Assembly (NCBI GenBank): GCA_965207885.1
Contig: OZ242311.1
Coordinates: forward strand, 1,216,001-1,280,000
Length of the DNA: 64,000 bases
Direction: 5' to 3'
DNA from: Candidatus Latescibacterota bacterium
Lineage (GTDB): Bacteria; Latescibacterota; UBA2968
The position numbers and the translations under genes were made by a program. The stretch's first letter is position 1. Each line of letters starts with the position of its first letter. Below, one piece after another: positions 60,341 through 64,000 of the stretch. The notes under the pieces are model-generated. The model ran no database searches. It worked only from the letters and a program-made list of their open reading frames with translations, and was not told where the DNA came from.

Positions 60341-61594
60341 TTAACTGTGGTTACTTCTCTCCCATTCTCGAAGTTTATCTGCATTCTCGCGCACCTTCAC
60401 AAATGCGCGCGACATATCCCGCATCCGCGTTTCAGAAGTCAGCAAAGCCCTCTGGCTTATCGACAAACGTTCCTTGCAATACTGCTCGACCTTTGGCAAG
60501 TGCAACGAGCGATAATCCTGTGCCGCATCTGTCCACGCAAAAGGCGTGTAATCACGCGCTTTCCAATCCGTTTGAAAAACCGGATGTTTGTAAACTGGCG
60601 TCTCGTATCCCGTACTCACCGGCACCCCTTCAGCGCGCATCGCCCTGACAAATGCATCGCGAGAAACGCCCTCAAACGCCTCGGATAAATACCGCGCACC
60701 ATACACATGCCAGTTGACGCGGGTCGCATCTTCCAATCGGTGAATCGGATCAATACCCTCGACCTCCGACAACGTGCGCGTCAACATCGCCCCATTTTGT
60801 TCACGGATCTCCGTATGCTCGGGAATGCGCTTCAACTGGCACAATAAAACCGCAGCGACAAATTCCGTCATCCGATGATTGCCGCCCCATTGTCGAGATT
60901 CCTCCGTACGACCATACCGCGACCGCCCGACATTGACCGCACAGCCAATCGCATCGGCAATTGCTTCGTCATTGGTCAGGGCAATACCCCCATCTCCGCC
61001 CGTCATATTTTTGCTCTGCTGAAAAGAAAACCCCGAAGCCAGTCCCCAGCTACCCAGTCCACGATCCCTATAGGCCGATCCCCACCCGTGCGCCGCATCT
61101 TCTAAAATCGCGAGATTGTGTCGCTCGGCAATATCCAGCAACCGCTGGAGATCACACGCCAACCCGCCAAAATGCACCGGCATAATCCCCTTCGTACGAT
61201 CTGTAATAAGACTCTCGACCTCCGCCACATCGAGATTATTGGTATCCGGGTCTATATCGCAAAAAACAACCGTAGCACCGGCTTTTAGAATCCCCGAACA
61301 CGTACCGATAAATGTATAGGCACTCGTAATCACCTCATCGCCTACACCAATACCCGCCCCGCGGCAAATCATTTCCAGAGCCACAGTGCCACCAGTACAC
61401 GCGATCCCGTATTTCGCATCTTGAAATGCCGCAAATGTCTCTTCAAACTCCTGGCACTTCGAGGAATTGTACCACGCCCGACTCTCCAGCACCTCGATAA
61501 GAGCATCTCTTTCGGCCGCATCGTACATCGGCCATAAAATATCATCCTTCTCTTTAACCTCACGCTCGCCACCCAACAGCGCTAACTCTGCCAT
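60341..61594 (-). CDS. DegT/DnrJ/EryC1/StrS aminotransferase
   Basis: GDEVI..AYTF, PVHFGG, EDAAH..G, FSFQQSKNMT.GDGG and N.RMTE motifs. Confidence 0.92.
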   Translation of the reverse strand: MAELALLGGEREVKEKDDILWPMYDAAERDALIEVLESRAWYNSSKCQEFEETFAAFQDAKYGIACTGGTVALEMICRGAGIGVGDEVITSAYTFIGTCSGILKAGATVVFCDIDPDTNNLDVAEVESLITDRTKGIMPVHFGGLACDLQRLLDIAERHNLAILEDAAHGWGSAYRDRGLGSWGLASGFSFQQSKNMTGGDGGIALTNDEAIADAIGCAVNVGRSRYGRTEESRQWGGNHRMTEFVAAVLLCQLKRIPEHTEIREQNGAMLTRTLSEVEGIDPIHRLEDATRVNWHVYGARYLSEAFEGVSRDAFVRAMRAEGVPVSTGYETPVYKHPVFQTDWKARDYTPFAWTDAAQDYRSLHLPKVEQYCKERLSISQRALLTSETRMRDMSRAFVKVRENADKLREWERSNHS

Positions 61595-61608
61595 ATTTCC
61601 CTCCTTGA

Positions 61609-62097
61609 TCAATCCCTCTGCAAACATTCGACCAGCAGGTCCAATGCTTCGCGGGCGAACACTTCCATATTCTCTCCCCGGTTCTCGCTGCCCGTTGCGA
61701 TCGCAATCGCCTGCTCGGCATCTGGTCCCACAACGCCGATACACGTATGACCGGGCGGATCGCCATACCGATTTCCCGTCGGACCAGCCGCGCCCGTCTC
61801 GCCGATACCCCAGTCCGCCCCCAAACGTTCGCGCGCAGCGCGAGCCAGATGCAGGGCATGCGTTTTTGTCGCAGCCCTCGCCTCGCCCATTGCCGCATCG
61901 GAAACAGCCATCAATATTTGCTTTGAGTCACCCGTATAACACACCCCACCGCCCTTGAAATAAGCCGAAGCCCCCGGCACAGCCAAAAGCGCTGCAGAAA
62001 TAATTCCCCCCGACGACGACTCGGCCACCGCCACGGTCTGCCCCTTGTCTTTTAGCAATGCACCCACATCTGTGGCCATTGTCTTAAAATCCGCCAT
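61609..62097 (-). CDS. CinA C-terminal domain protein (NMN deamidase PncC-like)
   Basis: VAVAESSSGG..SA.L..VPGASAYF.GG and TG.AGP.G motifs. Confidence 0.85.
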   Translation of the reverse strand: MADFKTMATDVGALLKDKGQTVAVAESSSGGIISAALLAVPGASAYFKGGGVCYTGDSKQILMAVSDAAMGEARAATKTHALHLARAARERLGADWGIGETGAAGPTGNRYGDPPGHTCIGVVGPDAEQAIAIATGSENRGENMEVFAREALDLLVECLQRD

Positions 62098-62119
62098 ATT
62101 AACCTCTACATTTTTTAGA

Positions 62120-63895
62120 TTATTCCCCGTCTTCTTTTAAACTTCTATCCCCCACCGGAGCCTCAACGCGAACCGTTACTATATCCGCATCGTGATACTG
62201 CTGATGGCGCACAGACGAAGTGAAATGCTGAAGCAAACGCAGCGAGATTTCATGCTCGACCGGCATCTCGTCTGTATGTTCTCTGAGATAGGCCATTCGG
62301 TCCTCAATATTTTCCTCACCAGTCGAAGCGATAAACTCGAGTTCTGCGCCATTGCTTCCATCGCTACGTATAATTAAAAGCAGGCGTTTCTCCGCTTGTT
62401 CGCCCTCCCCTTGCTGAATGAGAATCAGAAGGGTTTCTTCGGCAGACAGACAGAGACGATTTGTCATCTCGGCATCCCAGCCTCTGCGCGAAGCGAACTT
62501 TTCGAGGAATGCCGTGATTTCTGGCAAAGCCTCGACAGCGAGCGCCGTCTCAATGCGCTGCCGGCGCGGTGCTGTCAACTCCATAAACAGCGTCAGGAAA
62601 ATCGCCGTGAGACCGCCAGCCGTCATCCCATTGCCGAGCAGTGCCCCCCACCACTCTCCAAGATATTCCGCAAAAATGGCCTGATCCTGAAACCCCACAC
62701 CAATCCAGAATGCGACGCCCGCGATCATCGCCTTGCGATAATCTACCCCATCCTGGACGATAATCCGCATACCCACAACAAAGAGAAGAGCCAGCAGCAC
62801 CGTCACATAGGCTCCGACCACGGGATTGGGGATTGCCAGCAGAAGTGCCGACACCTTGGGAATAAAGGACGCCACCACAAATACGATGCCAATACACACT
62901 CCGACGCCGCGTGCGGCAACGCCGGTGAGTTCTGTGATTGAAACACTTGACGAGTAGGTCGTATTTGGAACTGTCCCCGCAATACCGGAAAGCAAGTTGC
63001 CCACGCCATCTGCGGTAACTGCGCCCTGCACCGCTCGAAAATCGGGCGCGCGAGGCGTACGCCACGAAACCTTCTGGATCGCGATAGAATCCCCTATTGT
63101 TTCGATAGCACCGACCAGGGTCACAAATATGAAAGCGGGAAGAAGCGACCAGAAAACAGGACCAAAGCTGAGGTCAAAACCCGGCCAGCCACCACCTGCG
63201 GGAAGCCCTATCCATGGAGCGTCGATAACGCGCTGGATGTCGTACAGCCCAAAAAACGAAGCGACAATACACCCCACGACAATCCCTATAATCGGCACCC
63301 AAAGACGCCACATACCCGAAACCCGCAACGCGAGCACGACCACTACGAACAGGGTTGCAATAGTACATGTGGGCGCGGCAGTCGAGGGCGTTCCTTCGGG
63401 CACATCCCCCAACATATCAAAGACAATCGGCATAACGGTCACCGCGATCAACATGATCACCGTTCCCGCCACGGTTGGCGTAATGATTCGCCGCAGCAAC
63501 GAGAGCCGCGTCGAGAGCGCGAATTGGAACAACGATGAAATGATGACCAGGATTGCGAGCATCGCCGGACCGCCCTGGGCAAGTGCCGTCACGCAAACCG
63601 CGATAAAAGCGCCAGAAGTACCCATAAGGAGGATGTAGCCAGCACCAATGCGTCCAACGCGCACAGCCTGCATCACTGTGGTCAACCCGCTGACCAAAAG
63701 CGCGGCAAAAACCGCCCATGACAGATAAGGCTCGCCCCCACCCGCGGCCCTCACCACGATGACCGGCGTAATTACAATGCCCGCAATACAGAGCATGGCA
63801 GCCTGAAAACCGAGTGCGAAAGCAATGGTATTTGGAGGCCGCTCATTGGGTTCGTAAAGCACACTCTGGTCGCGGCGGTCAGTCTCAGATTGCAT
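62120..63895 (-). CDS. NCS2 (xanthine/uracil) permease fused to a C-terminal RsbW-like HATPase domain
   Basis: LGFQ, IETIGD, ADGVGN, PNTTYSS...ELTGVAAR and IP.PVVG NCS2 motifs, plus a ~150-aa soluble tail. Confidence 0.8.
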   Translation of the reverse strand: MQSETDRRDQSVLYEPNERPPNTIAFALGFQAAMLCIAGIVITPVIVVRAAGGGEPYLSWAVFAALLVSGLTTVMQAVRVGRIGAGYILLMGTSGAFIAVCVTALAQGGPAMLAILVIISSLFQFALSTRLSLLRRIITPTVAGTVIMLIAVTVMPIVFDMLGDVPEGTPSTAAPTCTIATLFVVVVLALRVSGMWRLWVPIIGIVVGCIVASFFGLYDIQRVIDAPWIGLPAGGGWPGFDLSFGPVFWSLLPAFIFVTLVGAIETIGDSIAIQKVSWRTPRAPDFRAVQGAVTADGVGNLLSGIAGTVPNTTYSSSVSITELTGVAARGVGVCIGIVFVVASFIPKVSALLLAIPNPVVGAYVTVLLALLFVVGMRIIVQDGVDYRKAMIAGVAFWIGVGFQDQAIFAEYLGEWWGALLGNGMTAGGLTAIFLTLFMELTAPRRQRIETALAVEALPEITAFLEKFASRRGWDAEMTNRLCLSAEETLLILIQQGEGEQAEKRLLLIIRSDGSNGAELEFIASTGEENIEDRMAYLREHTDEMPVEHEISLRLLQHFTSSVRHQQYHDADIVTVRVEAPVGDRSLKEDGE

Positions 63896-63898
63896 CGT

Positions 63899-64000
63899 TC
63901 AAATCCTTTCCTTAAGCAACTCATCGCCATAAGCAAATAGCGCAGGTGTCCCACCGGTATGCACAAACACAACTGTTTGATCCCTGCGATACCATCCCTC
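63899..64000 (-). CDS. D-cysteine desulfhydrase / ACC deaminase family, 3' end only
   Basis: Minus frame reads EGWYRRDQTVVFVHTGGTPALFAYGDELLKERI-stop; VFVHTGG.P.LFAY is the family C-terminal motif. Confidence 0.75.
   Translation of the reverse strand, partial: EGWYRRDQTVVFVHTGGTPALFAYGDELLKERI

Overview
A gene-dense bacterial chromosomal window with no rRNA, tRNA or CRISPR array that I can see. Most of it is catabolic and housekeeping genes: amidohydrolases, a heparinase II/III-like lyase, a pectate lyase, a sulfatase, two PhyH dioxygenases, an SSS transporter and a glycoside hydrolase. It also holds the Na+-pumping decarboxylase oadGBA with birA, yejABEF, glnB-glnE, glgB, a LarA-like gene and a CinA gene. 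This enzyme mix, plus secreted repeat proteins, resembles uncultured marine or host-associated heterotrophs such as sponge symbionts (inference only). A compositionally distinct accessory island spans about 41.06-50.3 kb. It starts with a perfect sigma54 promoter and a 13-bp palindrome, followed by an inverted-repeat-bounded cassette of two secreted proteins (a GIWSDG-repeat protein and an FGE/C-type-lectin-fold protein). After that come a membrane protein with 63-bp coiled-coil repeats, one intact and one relic IS3, an IS-truncated WG-repeat gene, a 32-bp palindromic tandem array and two stacked toxin-antitoxin modules. The best leads for undescribed biology are: (1) a structured leader that sequesters the start region of oadG (candidate riboswitch); (2) an NCS2 permease fused to a degenerate RsbW-like ATPase domain (candidate transceptor); (3) a fluoride channel gene sandwiched between two paralogous unknown 4-TM genes; (4) the sigma54-driven cassette island; (5) the palindromic 32-bp array; and (6) an unannotated 39-aa membrane protein in the SSS operon. 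All functional calls come from motif recognition by eye; no database searches were run.
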